A DNA stretch of 64,000 nucleotides from Macrostomum hystrix (GCA_950097015.1 CATNEN010000039.1:6014001-6078000); one strand, 5' to 3'; positions 14,163-25,294 are shown, numbered from the stretch's first letter. Made by a program: numbers and translations. The notes: a model not told the origin generated them from the sequence alone.

Positions 14163-14529
14163 TTTTGCCGACCCTGCAGTCTGCCAGCATGGCCTGTATC
14201 AGGGCGTCGGCCAAAGTAGTAAAGTGCGCGCGGAGCATTTTCGGTGCAGTTCTGGCCTACAATTGTAGCCAAACGTCATTAAAAGGAGCAGCTCTGATGC
14301 TGCACCTGCTTTTTTTCAAACGATTTCTTTGCTCAACACGTAAAAATTTAAAGAAAGAAAGATTCTCTTCGAATTAAGCGATCGGAAATCCGACTGACGG
14401 GCAGACAGATCAAGGCATTGACATGAGGGGGCGGCAACGGAAATAGGTGCACTTTTTCAAGTCTTGTCTGCGAAAATGATCTGAAAAATGTAGCTGCATT
14501 TCTGCCAGATTGGATCGGACTTGAGATAA

Positions 14530-15665
14530 GTCACAGTCTCCTAGTGTTATGACAGTCACTCCTAGTGTTATGACAGTCACTACTAGTGTTATGACAGTCA
14601 CTACTAGTGTTATGACAGTCACTCCTAGTGTTATGACAGTCACTCCTAGTGTTATGACAGTCACTCCTAGTGTTATGACAGTCACTACTAGTGTTATGAC
14701 AGTCACTACTAGTGTTATGACAGTCACTCCTAGTGTTATGACAGTCACTCCTAGTGTTATGACAGTCACTCCTAGTGTTATGACAGTCACTCCAACTGAA
14801 TTGAGAGTCACTCCTAGTGTTATGACAGTCCTAGTGTTATGACAGTCACTCCTAGTGTTATGACAGTCACTCCTAGTGTTATGACAGTCACTCCTAGTGT
14901 TATGAGAGTCCTAGTGTTATGACAGTCACTCCTAGTGTTATGACAGTCACTCCTAGTGTTATGACAGTCACTACTAGTGTTATGACAGACACTCCTAGTG
15001 TTATGACAGTCACTCCTAGTGTTATGACAGTCACACCTAGTGTTATGACAGTCACTCCTAGTGTTATGACAGTCACTCCTAGTGTTATGACAGTCACTAC
15101 TAGTGTTATGACAGACACTCCTAGTGTTATGACAGTCACTCCTAGTGTTATGACAGTCACTCCTAGTGTTATGACAGTCACTCCTAGTGTTATGACAGTC
15201 ACTACTAGTGTTATGACAGTCACTACTAGTGTTATGACAGTCCTAGTGTTATGAGAGTCACTTCTTCTGGATTTAGAGTCACCCCTACTGCAATGAGAGT
15301 CACCCTATTTGCATTGAGAGTCACTCTTGCTGCAGTGAGAGTCACTCCAACTGCATTGAGAGTCACTCCAACTGCATTGAGAGTCACTCCAACTGAATTG
15401 AGAGTCACTCCAACTGCATTGAGAGTCACTCCAACTGCATTGAGAGTCACTCCAACTGAATTGAGAGTCACTCCAACTGAATTGAGAGTCACTCCAACTG
15501 AATTGAGAGTCACTCGACCTCCTGAATTGAGAGTCACTCCAACTGCATTGAGAGTCACTCCAACTGCATTGAGAGTCACTCGACCTCCTGAATTGAGAGT
15601 CACTCCAACTGCATTGAGAGTCACTCCAACTGCATTGAGAGTCACTCCAATTGCGTTGAGTCACC
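14530..15665. repeat. Compound 21-bp minisatellite: (gttatgacagtcactcctagt)n followed by (attgagagtcactccaactgc/ga)n, directly upstream of insulin-like gene copy 1
   Basis: Tandem units; explains the VTVITLG and LRVTPT ORFs. Confidence 0.96.
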
Positions 15666-15818
15666 CCTCTAGCATTTTTCTGGTGCCAATTCTTGCGTTC
15701 AGTTACTTAATTCTGTAAATTGTGAAAACTGACGCTTGTTATTTGTGTCTTAAACCGAATAGCAAAAAAGCGATAAATCAGTGACAGATTCGGTATGTCA
15801 TTTCGCTACATCCGAGGC

Positions 15819-15827
15819 TCTATAAAT
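15819..15827 (+). promoter_or_regulatory. Putative TATA box (TATAAAT) of the insulin-like gene; paralog at ~28225
   Basis: ctctataaattc lies ~115 nt upstream of the ATG and is followed by 4x cagtggaatct in the presumptive 5' UTR; AATAAA at ~16537. Confidence 0.5.
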
Positions 15828-15936
15828 TCACAGAAAATCTACTTTACTGATGCCGCCATTCAGCTGTCTCGCCACCGTTGAACAGTGGAATCTCAGTGGA
15901 ATCTCAGTGGAATCTCAGTGGAATCTCCGTTGAAGC

Positions 15937-16467
15937 ATGTCCACACTATTGCCTCTAGCCCTGATCGTGCTGGTCGCTGCCACCGCTTCTCAGACTAGCG
16001 CCAGTCGTCCGCCAGGCTGGGAGAGAAGCAGCAAAATCCAGTGTGACGGCCAGATCAGGAAGCCGCAGCAGGCGAGGGGCCTCTGCGGCTGGAACCTGAA
16101 AATCATCCTAGCCGGGGCCTGCTGCTGGTACTGCCGCGCCCTCCGGGTGGTCAAACATCGGCCCAACCTGCTGACACAGCTGAACCGAGGTGATTTCCGG
16201 CATTTCAACTTCACCCAGTGCCAGTTCGGCCACCGAATCCGTCAGAACCAGCGGCACTCCGTGCTGGGACGCAGGCAGGACAAACGCAACGGCGGCGGGG
16301 GCGGCGGTAATGCCCTTGAACAGAGGCGGCTGCAGCAGCTGCTTAGCATGGATCGCAGCAAGGTGTGGCGTATTCGGCCAACAGGAGACGACCTGCTCTG
16401 CGACTGCTGCTTCAAGCCCTGTGGAATGAAAACCCTGTGGAATTACTGCAGCTGCGATATCGACTGA
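15937..16467 (+). CDS. Insulin/relaxin-like peptide precursor, copy 1 (intronless, 176 aa)
   Basis: Hydrophobic signal peptide; B-chain motif LCGWNLKIILAGAC (CGxxLxxxLxxxC); basic sites RR/KR; A-chain motif CCFKPCGMKTLWNYC (CC-x3-C-x8-C). Confidence 0.88.
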   Translation: MSTLLPLALIVLVAATASQTSASRPPGWERSSKIQCDGQIRKPQQARGLCGWNLKIILAGACCWYCRALRVVKHRPNLLTQLNRGDFRHFNFTQCQFGHRIRQNQRHSVLGRRQDKRNGGGGGGNALEQRRLQQLLSMDRSKVWRIRPTGDDLLCDCCFKPCGMKTLWNYCSCDID

Positions 16468-17379
16468 GCTTTACATTTTGTGTACTTTAAACTGCCTGTC
16501 CGCACTTTCCTTGATCATGACAATTTGAAGCTTTGAAATAAACCTAGGCAGGAATGTCTGCGGGGCGATCCCGCATTTTATCTGCCTGTGTTTGTGGCCG
16601 CTCTATTCAAAATCTCATTTGAATTGAATGAGATGCCGTCTACCAAGAGATCTATAGAAATCTATAGAAAATATTCACTCCTTTTATCAATCTACTCTAC
16701 TTGCAGTAGGTTTTCAGACATGATTCATTATTATATACTCACTTCGAAATCAGCCATTAAAACTACAGTTCCATACATTCTTTAATTTTTCGAGCATCGA
16801 CTTATTTAAATGAGCAATTGAACTACTAGAATGATTTGAGTCCAGTCTTTGCTCATTGTTCCAAGACCGAGTAAAATGGTTTGCCTCCAAACAGCTAAAT
16901 TGAAGTGGTCATTGCAGCTCATCCAACTAAGGAAGAGACTAAGAAACTAATACTCAATGCTTTTCAGGGTAGTGAAAAAAACAAAAAATGAATTACCGAC
17001 CCTCAAAAAGTTTAGAATGAATGTGCTGAGTGTCGAATGATAAGTGCAGAAAAACTATTTGCAATTGAAGCCTTATAAAAAAACTTTTACAAGTAGCAAA
17101 AGCAGAAGCGACTGCGTGGGTGCAGACAGAATACAGCTGAACAGTAATTCTCGTTTATCTAATCAATTACTTGAAGTAAAACGAACAAAAATCTCAAACA
17201 GTCTCTACTATACTACGACAATATCTACAACAATCAGATGTCAAAGAACCAAGTGTCAAACGTCAAACAGCTAAGCCTCAATCAGCCAAGCGCCGAATAA
17301 CCTAACTAAAAAGCAAGCAACCCAGCAAGTCTCTCAAACAGGGTGTGGAAACATTTGATTGTCGATTCCACATCTATCG

Positions 17380-17831
17380 TTAATCCACTTCAACATCAAC
17401 GCGAACTTCCATGCGCTGCCCATTTAACGGTATTGACTCCTCGAGTTGTTCCTTTCCATCTGGGACCAGTTCGATTTCAGCGTCGCCAACGGCATCAAAG
17501 TTAGTTCGGAGAAGCTCGAACTGCTCTGTCTGCAGAGCGATGGACACGCCGCTCTCAGTGTTGTCACCTTTGGTGGCGAAGAAACCGCGACTTCGGATCA
17601 GAGCTCTCAGGTGGGGCAGAAGCCACTTGCCAACCGGCGTGATGGCAAAGGCGGCCCTGAAGTCGTCATTGACAGCGAAATAGGCCAGGGCGGAGGCGGC
17701 CATGCCGGTCTTGGCCAGCAGCAGGGCAGCCGTCGACAGTACGCGGTAGAGGCCGCTGTCCGGTGGCAATGGCCCTGCCAGGCTGCGAGCCGCCAGTATG
17801 ACGTAGGGCGTCCAGCAGAGCAGAAAGGCGC
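17380..17831 (-). pseudogene. Orphan duplicate of the opsin terminal exon (TM6-TM7 and C-tail)
   Basis: Near-identical to 29783-30234 with an intact acceptor (ttctacgcag|gcgcc) and open frame. Exons 1-3 are absent from this copy. Confidence 0.8.
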
Positions 17832-17896
17832 CTGCGTAGAATTTGATACTAGACTGTTCTGCTTGAAATACTGCCTTCAGTTGTGCTATATACGGG

Positions 17897-17921
17897 CTAC
17901 TACTACTACTACTACTACTTG

Positions 17922-17963
<42 letters not shown>

Positions 17964-17993
17964 AACTACTACTACTACTACTACTACTACTTG

Positions 17994-18082
<89 letters not shown>

Positions 18083-18083
18083 G

Positions 18084-18131
<48 letters not shown>

Positions 18132-18132
18132 A

Positions 18133-18179
<47 letters not shown>

Positions 18180-18188
18180 AACTACCAC
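17897..18188. repeat. (TAC)n microsatellite
   Basis: Direct; paralog at 30299-30785. Confidence 0.98.
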
Positions 18189-19998
18189 TGGTGGTGGATG
18201 ACTGTAAGGTGGTGGATGACTGCAGGGTGGTGGATGACTGCAGGGTGGTGGATGACTGCAGGTTGGTGGATGACTTTAAGGTGGTGGATGACTGTAAGGT
18301 GGTGGATGACTGCAGAGTGGTGGATGACTGCAGAGTGGTGGATGACTGCAGAGTGGTGGATGACTGCAGGGTGGTGTATGACTGCAGAGTGGTGGATGAC
18401 TGCAGGGTGGTGGATGACTGCAGGGTGGTGGATGACTGCAGAGTGGTGGATGACTGCAGAGTGGTGGATGACTGCAGAGTGGTGGATGACTGCAGGGTGG
18501 TGTATGACTTTAAGGTGGTGGATGACTGTAAGGTGGTGGATGACTGCAGAGTGGTGGATGACTGCAGAGTGGTGGATGACTGTAAGGTGGTGGATGACTG
18601 TAAGGTGGTGGATGACTGTAAGGTGGTGGATGACTTTAAGGTGGTGTATGACTTTAAGGTGGTGGATGACTGTAAGGTGGTGGATGACTGCAGAGTGGTG
18701 GATGACTGCAGAGTGGTGGATGACTGTAAGGTGGTGGATGACTGTAAGGTGGTGGATGACTGCAGAGTGGTGGATGACTGCAGAGTGGTGGATGACTGCA
18801 GAGTGGTGGATGACTGTAAGGTGGTGGATGACTGTAAGGTGGTGGATGACTGTAAGGTGGTGGATGACTTTAAGGTGGTGTATGACTTTAAGGTGGTGGA
18901 TGACTGTAAGGTGGTGGATGACTGCAGAGTGGTGGATGACTGCAGAGTGGTGGATGACTGTAAGGTGGTGGATGACTGTAAGGTGGTGGATGACTGCAGA
19001 GTGGTGGATGACTGCAGAGTGGTGGATGACTGCAGGGTGGTGGATGACTGTAAGGTGGTGGATGACTGCAGAGTGGTGGATGACTGCAGAGTGGTGGATG
19101 ACTGTAAGGTGGTGGATGACTGTAAGGTGGTGGATGACTGCAGAGTGGTGGATGACTGCAGAGTGGTGGATGACTGCAGGGTGGTGGATGACTGCAGAGT
19201 GGTGGATGACTGCAGGGTGGTGGATGACTGCAGAGTGGTGGATGACTGCAGAGTGGTGGATGACTGCAGAGTGGTGGATGACTGCAGGGTGGTGGATGAC
19301 TGCAGAGTGGTGGATGACTGCAGGGTGGTGGATGACTTTAAGGTGGTGGATGACTGTAAGGTGGTGGATGACTGTAAGGTGGTGGAAGACTGCAGGGTGG
19401 TGGATGACTGTAAGGTGGTGGATGACTGTTGTAATAACTAAGGCCGAGGCTATTTTTAGTGAGCAGACAAAACTCTCAATCTTTACTGCCACGCTGAGCG
19501 CGCGTCCATATATTATTTGCTAGAACTGGGGTGGCGACACCCACCCCGCTCCGCAACCAATCAAACGACCCAGGTGTACACTGCAGAGTGGTGGATGACT
19601 GCAGGGTGGTGGATGACTGCAGGGTGGTGGATGACTGCAGAGTGGTGGATGACTGCAGGGTGGTGGATGACTGCAGGGTGGTGGATGACTGCAGAGTGGT
19701 GGATGACTGCAGGGTGGTGGATGACTTTAAGGTGGTGGATGACTGTAAGGTGGTGGATGACTGCAGAGTGGTGGATGACTGCAGGGTGGTGGATGACTGC
19801 AGAGTGGTGGATGACTGCAGAGTGGTGGATGACTGCAGAGTGGTGGATGACTGCAGGGTGGTGGATGACTGCAGAGTGGTGGATGACTGCAGGGTGGTGG
19901 ATGACTTTAAGGTGGTGGATGACTGTAAGGTGGTGGATGACTGTAAGGTGGTGGAAGACTGCAGGGTGGTGGATGACTGTAAGGTGGTGGATGACTGT
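18189..19998. repeat. 15-bp minisatellite (ggtggtggatgactgyarr variants tgtaag/tgcagg/tgcaga/tttaag), interrupted by a partial LTR
   Basis: Direct tandem units. Confidence 0.97.
19430..19581 (-). mobile_element. Truncated extra copy of the Gypsy 3' LTR from a local ~569-bp duplication
   Basis: Matches 19999-20150, including the cgtccata variant. The rare ggaagac satellite variant is also repeated at 569-bp spacing. Confidence 0.9.
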
Positions 19999-22900
19999 TG
20001 TAATAACTAAGGCCGAGGCTATTTTTAGTGAGCAGACAAAACTCTCAATCTTTACTGCCACGCTGAGCGCGCGTCCATATATTATTTGCTAGAACTGGGG
20101 TGGCGACACCCACCCCGCTCCGCAACCAATCAAACGACCCAGGTGTACACCTGGGCCTGGCTCACGTGCGTACGCACACTACATCTCTCCCCCTTCGAAC
20201 AGAAACTGTGGGGAGACAAAAAAAGAACGAATTCGAGAAGCAAGATGTCGAAAAGAACGAAAAAGAACTCGACCGAAAAAAAATATGCAGCTATTGGAGG
20301 AAATAAAACACTCGAATTGATTGTCGCATCGGACTTGCAAAGAAAAGCGTGCATGTGATTGTTAATGTCAGTAGAAAAGTCAGTTCGTTTTCAGTCCTTG
20401 GTTTAGTCCTTGTAGATCTTCACGCCACCCCGTGCAGCGCGGGGGTGCGGGCGCAGCGCCACCGGGGATTCGGCCGGGTTCCGCGCCGCCTCGCCTGGAG
20501 TTTCTGGCGCGGCAGCCTGCGGCCTGGCACCAGCGTCGTCTGATTCTGGGGTGACGACCTTGACCGCCGTGCAATGCCGCCAGCAGGCCGCGCCGTCACG
20601 ACGCAGCATCAGCGAGTTGCCGGCCACCCGCTGGACTGTCCAGGCGCCGCTCTCGAATGGCGTTTGCGTCTTGCTGGCACCGACTCGCCGTCGCAGCACC
20701 GAATCGCCGACCTGGATTTCGTGCCGCCGTGGCCGCCTCCTGGCGTCCGCTCGCTGCTTCATCACGGCCTTGGCGCTCGCATCCATCTCTCGCAGCCGCT
20801 GCTCGTTGAGGCGGACGCGCTGGGATGGCCGGGCGGCGGGGATGACATCATTTGGTCGCCGGCCCATCAGCAGCTCGGCTGGCGCGCGGCCCGTGGCTGT
20901 GTGCGGCGTGTTCCTGTAGGCCAGCAGCCACTCGTCCAGAGCAGCCCTCCAGTCGCGCCGCTCCTCGATTGCCGCCCGCACGACCTTGTTGATTGAGCGG
21001 TTCAGCCGCTCTGTCATGCCGTTGGCGGCTGGGTAGTAAGGCGTGATGAGGCGGTGCTTGATGCCGTAGCTTTCTAGGAAACGGCCAAACTCCTTGGATG
21101 AAAATGGCGGCCCGTTGTCAGTTACGAGCTCCTGCGGGATGCCAAATCGCGCGAACATTTCTCGCAGGCGCGGGACCAGTGCCTCGGCCGTCGTTGTCTG
21201 CATGAGCTGCACCTCTGGGAATCTCAAGTATCTGTCCACGCACACCAGCAGCGTGTTGTTGTTGATCGGGCCTACAAAGTCAGCCCCAATCGACAACCAG
21301 GCGCCCTTAGGGATAGGCGTCGGCTGTAGAGGCGTAGCCCGGACGGCTGGCGTGTGAGACGTGATGGCACAGCTGCGGCACCGAGTGACGAACTCCTCCG
21401 CTTGTGTTGCCATTCTCGGCCACCAGACCTTGCTGCTGAGCCTTGCGGTCGTCTTCTGCGAGCACTGGTGTCCTTGGTGCGCCAGCTCGAGCATCTGCTG
21501 CCGTAGAGCTGCTGGCACGACAATCCGCTGATGCCGAAGAAGAACTCCGTCTACCGCCGACAGCTCCTCTCGCAGCGCGTGGAGTGACCGCATCTCAGCG
21601 CTAGAGCGGTCCCATTGGCCGCCTTGCATCGCTGCTATCGCTGCCCGGATAACTGGGTCGCTGGCTGAGCTCTTGCGGATGTCTTCGAGCGTGAGCGCCT
21701 TCGGGACAGCCGCCTGCGCTACCTCGTTTATGTAGGCCTCTCTCAGCTGCTCGCTGGTCCTACTTCCTTCAGCGTTTAGAGGCTGCCTGCTGAGTATGTC
21801 TGCAGCATTGGACGCTCCTGGCTGGTATTCGACCTTGAATACCAGGTGCTGGATACGCAGCGCCATACGCTCGACTCGTGGAGGCGGCCGTGACCCTGGC
21901 GCATACGTGGCTGTCAGCGGCTTGTGGTCGGAGATCACCGTGAATTCGGGCGATCCATACAAGTAGTACTCAAACTTCAGGCAGCCGAACTTCACGGCGA
22001 GCGCCTCTTTTTCGGTCTGCGAATATCGCCGCTCGACGTCGGAGAGAGTCCGGCTCGCGTATGCGACTGGCCGCGAACTGCCGTCGTGCTGTACTTGCGC
22101 CAGGATTGCGCCGAGTCCGGTTGGTCCCGCGTCCACAATCAGCTGTGTCCGTAGCCGCTTGTCGTAGAATGCCAGCGTTGTCGGCTCCGCAATGCTGCGC
22201 TTTAGCTGCGCAAAGGCGCTGGCCTGGTCGGCACCCCACTGCCAGTCGGTGTTCTTCCGGGTCAGGCGTCGCAGCGGCTCCGCCACCTTGGCCAGCTGTG
22301 GCGTGAATACTGCGAGATAATTCACGAGGCCCAAGAACGATCGAAGTTGGCTTATCGTCTCTGGCTCCTTGAATTCTTGAACGGCGGCGACCTTGCTTTC
22401 TGTGGCTTGGACTCCTTCGGCCGTCAGTCGCATTCCCATAAACTCAATGCTGCTGCGTGCCAACCTGCATTTTCGAGCATTTAGCGTGATGCCGTGTTGC
22501 GCCAGGCGGGCCAGGCAGGCCTCGAGGCTGCTGTTGTGCTCCGCCATCGTGCGGCCGAACACGACCACGTCGTCGTGGATCCATTTTACGTTGGGCAGGC
22601 CTGCCAGCACTCTGCACATCACGCTCTGTAGGATCTCCTGTGAGGTGGACAGGCCCATGCACAGCCGAGTGAGACGCCGAAGTCCTCGGGGTCTCGAGAA
22701 TGTCAGCAGATTGCGGCATTCTTCTGCTACAGGCACCTGGTAGAACGCCTTCGCGATGTCCAGTTCCGAGAAGACGGTGCTGCCGGCCATGTCTCCCGTC
22801 ACCTCTTCAAAAGTCGGAATCTGGTGACGCTCGCGGATGACATAGCGATTGACATCGCGGAGGTCCTGTGTGATCCGCACTTCGCCTGGCTCCTTCTTGG

Positions 22901-24604
22901 GCACAACGACCATCCGCGCGACCCACGGAACTGGTCCGTCGACGGGCTCGATGATTCCGAGCTGCTCCAGTAGCTGCAGCTCCTTGTCCACTGCCTCGGC
23001 CAGGTGAATCGGTACCTTAGACGGTGCGTGACAAACCGGTCGGGCGTTGTCGGTCAGGTGGATGCTGACTGGCGGCCCGGTGAAGCAGCCGATGCCGCTG
23101 AGCACGCTGGAGTACTTGCGCAGTATCCTGCCAAGGGCATCTTGGGGCATTCCACTGGATCTCGTGTTGCCGAGGAGGCTGTCGACAGCCGCCTCCGCTT
23201 CCGCGACCTGCAGCACCTGATGATCGACCGTCGGTGGTGGTCCGATCCGCAGGATTTCCATTTGAGTGGCTGTCTGCCTGCCGATGATGGTGATGCCTCT
23301 GCCTTCGACAACGTGAAATGTGGCGACCGCCCGTCGGCCGAATAAGCGGATGGACATCGCCGCCTTGCCGATGAGTTGCATCGGCCGGTCCGAGCCGTAC
23401 GCGAACAACCTGTCAGAGGCTGCTTGCAGACGCGGCCGCTGTTTAAGGCTCTCAAACGTTGCGCGGTTGATCACATTGCGAGCCGCCCCGCTGTCGATCA
23501 GCACTGACAGTCTGGTGCCGTTGATCTCAGCTACTGTGTGGGCGGATTGCTCCTCCTGGTCGACCTTGAATATGCCGGTGTCCGGGTCGTCCACCCTCTC
23601 GTAGCTGGTCTCACCTTGCAGCATCGCGACAGCATTCGAATTGCTTTGGGGCGCCCCCTGCCTGGACCTGCAAGCTCGGGCGAAGTGGCCTGGCTTTCCG
23701 CACTTTCTGCAGCTCTTGCCTTGCGCCGCGGCGCACGTGGAGTGCCCTGGCCTGCCGCACCGATTGCAGCGCACCTGCGGCCCTGGTGGCTGCTCGGCTC
23801 TCCGGATGGCTGCGAGTTGCTGCTGCGGCTCACCTGGCCTGCCGTTCTCCATCGCGCTGGCCTGCTGCTCCGCCGCTTCTTTGGCTCTCGCCTTCCTCAG
23901 CACATCTGTCAGGGTGATGTCTTTGCTCTGTAGGAAGTCTCTCCTCAGCCTCTCGGAGTCACAGTAGGCGACGATTTTGTCTCGGATCAGCGAGTCCTTG
24001 ATTGCTCCAAACTCGCACGGCTCCGCCGCCTTGCGCAGGCGCTGGTACCACTGGTCGACTGTCTCGCCTTGCTGTTGTCTGCAGGTCTCGAACTTGAAGC
24101 GGAGGAACACGATGCTGTTCTTGCCGTCCCAGAATTCCTGGATATTCTTTGCGAGGCTGCTGTAGTCTTCCCCAGCGTCAATTTCATTCTCTTCGACGAT
24201 GGTCTGCAGCTCCTCTCCCGCGGCGTACAACAGCAGGTGCTGCCCTCGCTTTGCGTCATGGATCCCAGCTGCGTTAATGTATGTGGCGAACCGGCGAGCC
24301 CATGCAGTCCAGCGCTGTGCAGTTGAGTGGCAATCGCTATCGATAACAAACTGGCCGGGAGGCGCGAGAGAAATTTGCTCAGTCATGGTGCACTAGGGGT
24401 TCGGTGCTTGCGATGCCATTGTAATAACTAAGGCCGAGGCTATTTTTAGTGAGCAGACAAAACTCTCAATCTTTACTGCCACGCTGAGCGCGCGTCAATA
24501 TATTATTTGCTAGAACTGGGGTGGCGACACCCACCCCGCTCCGCAACCAATCAAACGACCCAGGTGTACACCTGGGCCTGGCTCACGTGCGTACGCACAC
24601 TACA
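19999..24604 (-). mobile_element. Full-length Ty3/Gypsy LTR retrotransposon: 5' LTR 24420-24604, 3' LTR 19999-20183, TSD ACTGT
   Basis: 185-bp TG...CA LTRs with one visible mismatch. ACTGT at 19994-19998 and 24605-24609. PBS TGGCATCGCAAGCA at 24418-24405; PPT GAAGGGGGAGAGA at 20196-20184. Confidence 0.96.
20403..24386 (-). CDS. Gag-Pol polyprotein (1327 aa): Gag with two Cys/His knuckles, protease, RT, RNase H, integrase
   Basis: CNRCGRPGH and CRKCGKPGHFARAC; LIDSGA; LDIAKAFYQ and WIHDDV; VDAGPTGLGA and TEKEALA; HQGH..CRSC, TDNGPPF, GMTERLN. Domain order PR-RT-RH-IN is Gypsy type. Confidence 0.96.
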   Translation of the reverse strand: MTEQISLAPPGQFVIDSDCHSTAQRWTAWARRFATYINAAGIHDAKRGQHLLLYAAGEELQTIVEENEIDAGEDYSSLAKNIQEFWDGKNSIVFLRFKFETCRQQQGETVDQWYQRLRKAAEPCEFGAIKDSLIRDKIVAYCDSERLRRDFLQSKDITLTDVLRKARAKEAAEQQASAMENGRPGEPQQQLAAIRRAEQPPGPQVRCNRCGRPGHSTCAAAQGKSCRKCGKPGHFARACRSRQGAPQSNSNAVAMLQGETSYERVDDPDTGIFKVDQEEQSAHTVAEINGTRLSVLIDSGAARNVINRATFESLKQRPRLQAASDRLFAYGSDRPMQLIGKAAMSIRLFGRRAVATFHVVEGRGITIIGRQTATQMEILRIGPPPTVDHQVLQVAEAEAAVDSLLGNTRSSGMPQDALGRILRKYSSVLSGIGCFTGPPVSIHLTDNARPVCHAPSKVPIHLAEAVDKELQLLEQLGIIEPVDGPVPWVARMVVVPKKEPGEVRITQDLRDVNRYVIRERHQIPTFEEVTGDMAGSTVFSELDIAKAFYQVPVAEECRNLLTFSRPRGLRRLTRLCMGLSTSQEILQSVMCRVLAGLPNVKWIHDDVVVFGRTMAEHNSSLEACLARLAQHGITLNARKCRLARSSIEFMGMRLTAEGVQATESKVAAVQEFKEPETISQLRSFLGLVNYLAVFTPQLAKVAEPLRRLTRKNTDWQWGADQASAFAQLKRSIAEPTTLAFYDKRLRTQLIVDAGPTGLGAILAQVQHDGSSRPVAYASRTLSDVERRYSQTEKEALAVKFGCLKFEYYLYGSPEFTVISDHKPLTATYAPGSRPPPRVERMALRIQHLVFKVEYQPGASNAADILSRQPLNAEGSRTSEQLREAYINEVAQAAVPKALTLEDIRKSSASDPVIRAAIAAMQGGQWDRSSAEMRSLHALREELSAVDGVLLRHQRIVVPAALRQQMLELAHQGHQCSQKTTARLSSKVWWPRMATQAEEFVTRCRSCAITSHTPAVRATPLQPTPIPKGAWLSIGADFVGPINNNTLLVCVDRYLRFPEVQLMQTTTAEALVPRLREMFARFGIPQELVTDNGPPFSSKEFGRFLESYGIKHRLITPYYPAANGMTERLNRSINKVVRAAIEERRDWRAALDEWLLAYRNTPHTATGRAPAELLMGRRPNDVIPAARPSQRVRLNEQRLREMDASAKAVMKQRADARRRPRRHEIQVGDSVLRRRVGASKTQTPFESGAWTVQRVAGNSLMLRRDGAACWRHCTAVKVVTPESDDAGARPQAAAPETPGEAARNPAESPVALRPHPRAARGGVKIYKD

Positions 24605-25294
24605 ACTGTAAGGTGGTGGATGACTGTAAGGTGGTGGATGACTGCAAGGGTGGGTGATGACTGCAAGGGTGGGTGATGACTGCAAGGGTGGGTGATGACT
24701 GTAAGGTGGGTGATGACTGTAAGGTGGTGGATGACTGCAAGGATGGGTGATGACTGCAAGGGTGGGTGATGACTGTAAGGTGGGTGATGACTGTAAGGTG
24801 GTGGATGACTGCAAGGGTGGGTGATGACTGTAAGGTGGGTGATGACTGTAAGGTGGGTGATGACTGTAAGGTGGGTGATGACTGTAAGGTGGTGCATGGG
24901 TGATGACTGCAGGGTGGTGGGTGATGACTGCAGGGTGGTGGGTGATGACTGCAGTGTGGTGGGTGATGACTGCAGGGTGGTGGGTGATGACTGTAAGGTG
25001 GGTGATGACTGTAAGGTGGGTGATGACTGTAAGGTGGTGCATGGGTGATGACTGCAGGGTGGTGGGTGATGACTGCAGGGTGGTGGGTGATGACTGCAGT
25101 GTGGTGGGTGATGACTGCAGGGTGGTGGGTGATGACTGTAAGGTGGGTGATGACTGTAAGGTGGGTGATGACTGTAAGGTGGTGGATGACTGCAAGGGTG
25201 GGTGATGACTGCAAGGGTGGGTGATGACTGCAAGGGTGGGTGATGACTGTAAGGTGGGTGATGACTGTATGGTGGGCGATGACTGCAGGGTGGT
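24605..25294. repeat. 15-18-bp satellite variant B (ggtgggtgatgactgtaa/gca)
   Basis: Tandem units; paralogous to 35993-36420 (both contain the ggtggtgcatggg variant). Confidence 0.93.

Larger units (their letters stand above)
12727..25294. repeat. Left copy of a tandem segmental duplication (paralogous to 25295-~36420)
   Basis: ggaagtatgatgtatcgagaagaagcattaatt starts both copies. Unique sequence is near-identical through the insulin-like gene and last opsin exon (12727-17900 vs 25295-30300), and both copies end in the ggtgggtgatgactg satellite. Confidence 0.92.

Noticed and set aside
17883-18188. Poly-Tyr/Thr/Ser/Val ORFs (also 30289-30790)
   Set aside because: Translations of an intronic (TAC)n microsatellite.
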